Source of the DNA: Arcobacteraceae bacterium
GTDB taxonomy: Bacteria; Campylobacterota; Campylobacteria; Campylobacterales; Arcobacteraceae
DNA length: 59,693 bases
Direction: 5' to 3'
Assembly: GCA_048268245.1 (NCBI GenBank)
Contig: JBLWVX010000015.1
Coordinates: forward strand, 1 to 59,693
The notes beneath the pieces were generated by a model. It searched no databases, was not told where the DNA came from, and worked only from the letters and a program-made list of their open reading frames with translations. Position 1 is the first letter of the stretch; every line of letters starts with the position of its first letter. Of this stretch, positions 59,079 through 59,693 are shown in pieces. A program made the translations under genes and the position numbers.

Positions 59079-59693
59079 TTATTCCTCTATACCAAAAAAC
59101 TCACAAGCTTCTTGAGCATCTTCATCATCTAAATCAACAACACCAGTTTCAATATTTTTTTTAGCTTCTTTTATAATAAACTGTTTTGCTGAAACTCTTA
59201 ATTCTTCTATATTATCTTCTATTGCAAAGCCACTAAATTGTATCTCATTATCATAACACACTAAAACACCTTCACAGTTTTCTTCTATGAAGTCACTAAT
59301 TTGTCTATAATTAACCTCTAAAGCACTTGCATGCCAACCATAATCCTCTAAAATTGAATCTTCAAAGATTTCAACTCCATCACTTTGATGGTCAAAATAA
59401 AGCATTGTTTTTCTATTTAAATCAATAATCTCTTGCCAGTTATTTAAAGGCTTTATTTTACATGTTGTACCTGAGATTACAGGTTTATACTTTTCAAAAA
59501 GCTTTGTTCCTAATAATTTTAAATCACTTACATCTTTTAATTCATCAAGGTTTGATGCTTCAAATACTATAGCTTCTTTATTGTCATTTGTAGATAATAA
59601 ATTACCTTTATAGTCAATAATTATTGTTTTATTTCCTTTTATAAATTCACTTAGTTGTATTAAATCAATATCAATATATAAATCTTTTATATT
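59079..59693 (-). CDS. Hypothetical protein, 5' end beyond the window
   Basis: Reading frame stays open from ATG 59405 up to the window edge. Confidence 0.75.
   Translation of the reverse strand, partial: NIKDLYIDIDLIQLSEFIKGNKTIIIDYKGNLLSTNDNKEAIVFEASNLDELKDVSDLKLLGTKLFEKYKPVISGTTCKIKPLNNWQEIIDLNRKTMLYFDHQSDGVEIFEDSILEDYGWHASALEVNYRQISDFIEENCEGVLVCYDNEIQFSGFAIEDNIEELRVSAKQFIIKEAKKNIETGVVDLDDEDAQEACEFFGIEE

Overview
AT-rich chromosomal segment from a Campylobacterota organism, most likely Arcobacteraceae (inferred from gene content and protein style; no database check). The left half is a tungsten/selenium/formate cluster: tupABC, moeA, a ModE-like regulator, fdhD, fdhABC, a TorD-type chaperone, a putative selenium ABC transporter, selD, selC, selA and selB. 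Three selenoprotein genes (SelW/Rdx-like, fdhA, selD) are split or truncated in the ORF track at in-frame UGA codons, each followed by a GGG-loop hairpin. The main discovery candidate is a very AT-rich islet at the 3' end of tRNA-Sec (about 25.6-29.1 kb). It holds a retron-type reverse transcriptase (NAxxH, YADD, VTG motifs), preceded by a structured ~130-nt spacer with a 21-bp msd-like stem. Upstream of that is an unannotated ORF that reads as a PD-(D/E)xK nuclease of Cap4/DUF4297 type once a non-canonical-start N-terminal extension (GFKYQ) is included. I do not recognise this nuclease-ncRNA-RT layout among the retron types I know. The islet also holds a decayed second nuclease and a cupin remnant. 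The right half has mntP, a UvrD-like helicase, four tRNAs, many signalling genes, PIN-PhoH plus an HD hydrolase, ribA, ppiC, dbpA and a DedA-family gene. Three genes appear to start at ATA/ATT. All family calls come from motif recognition by eye.
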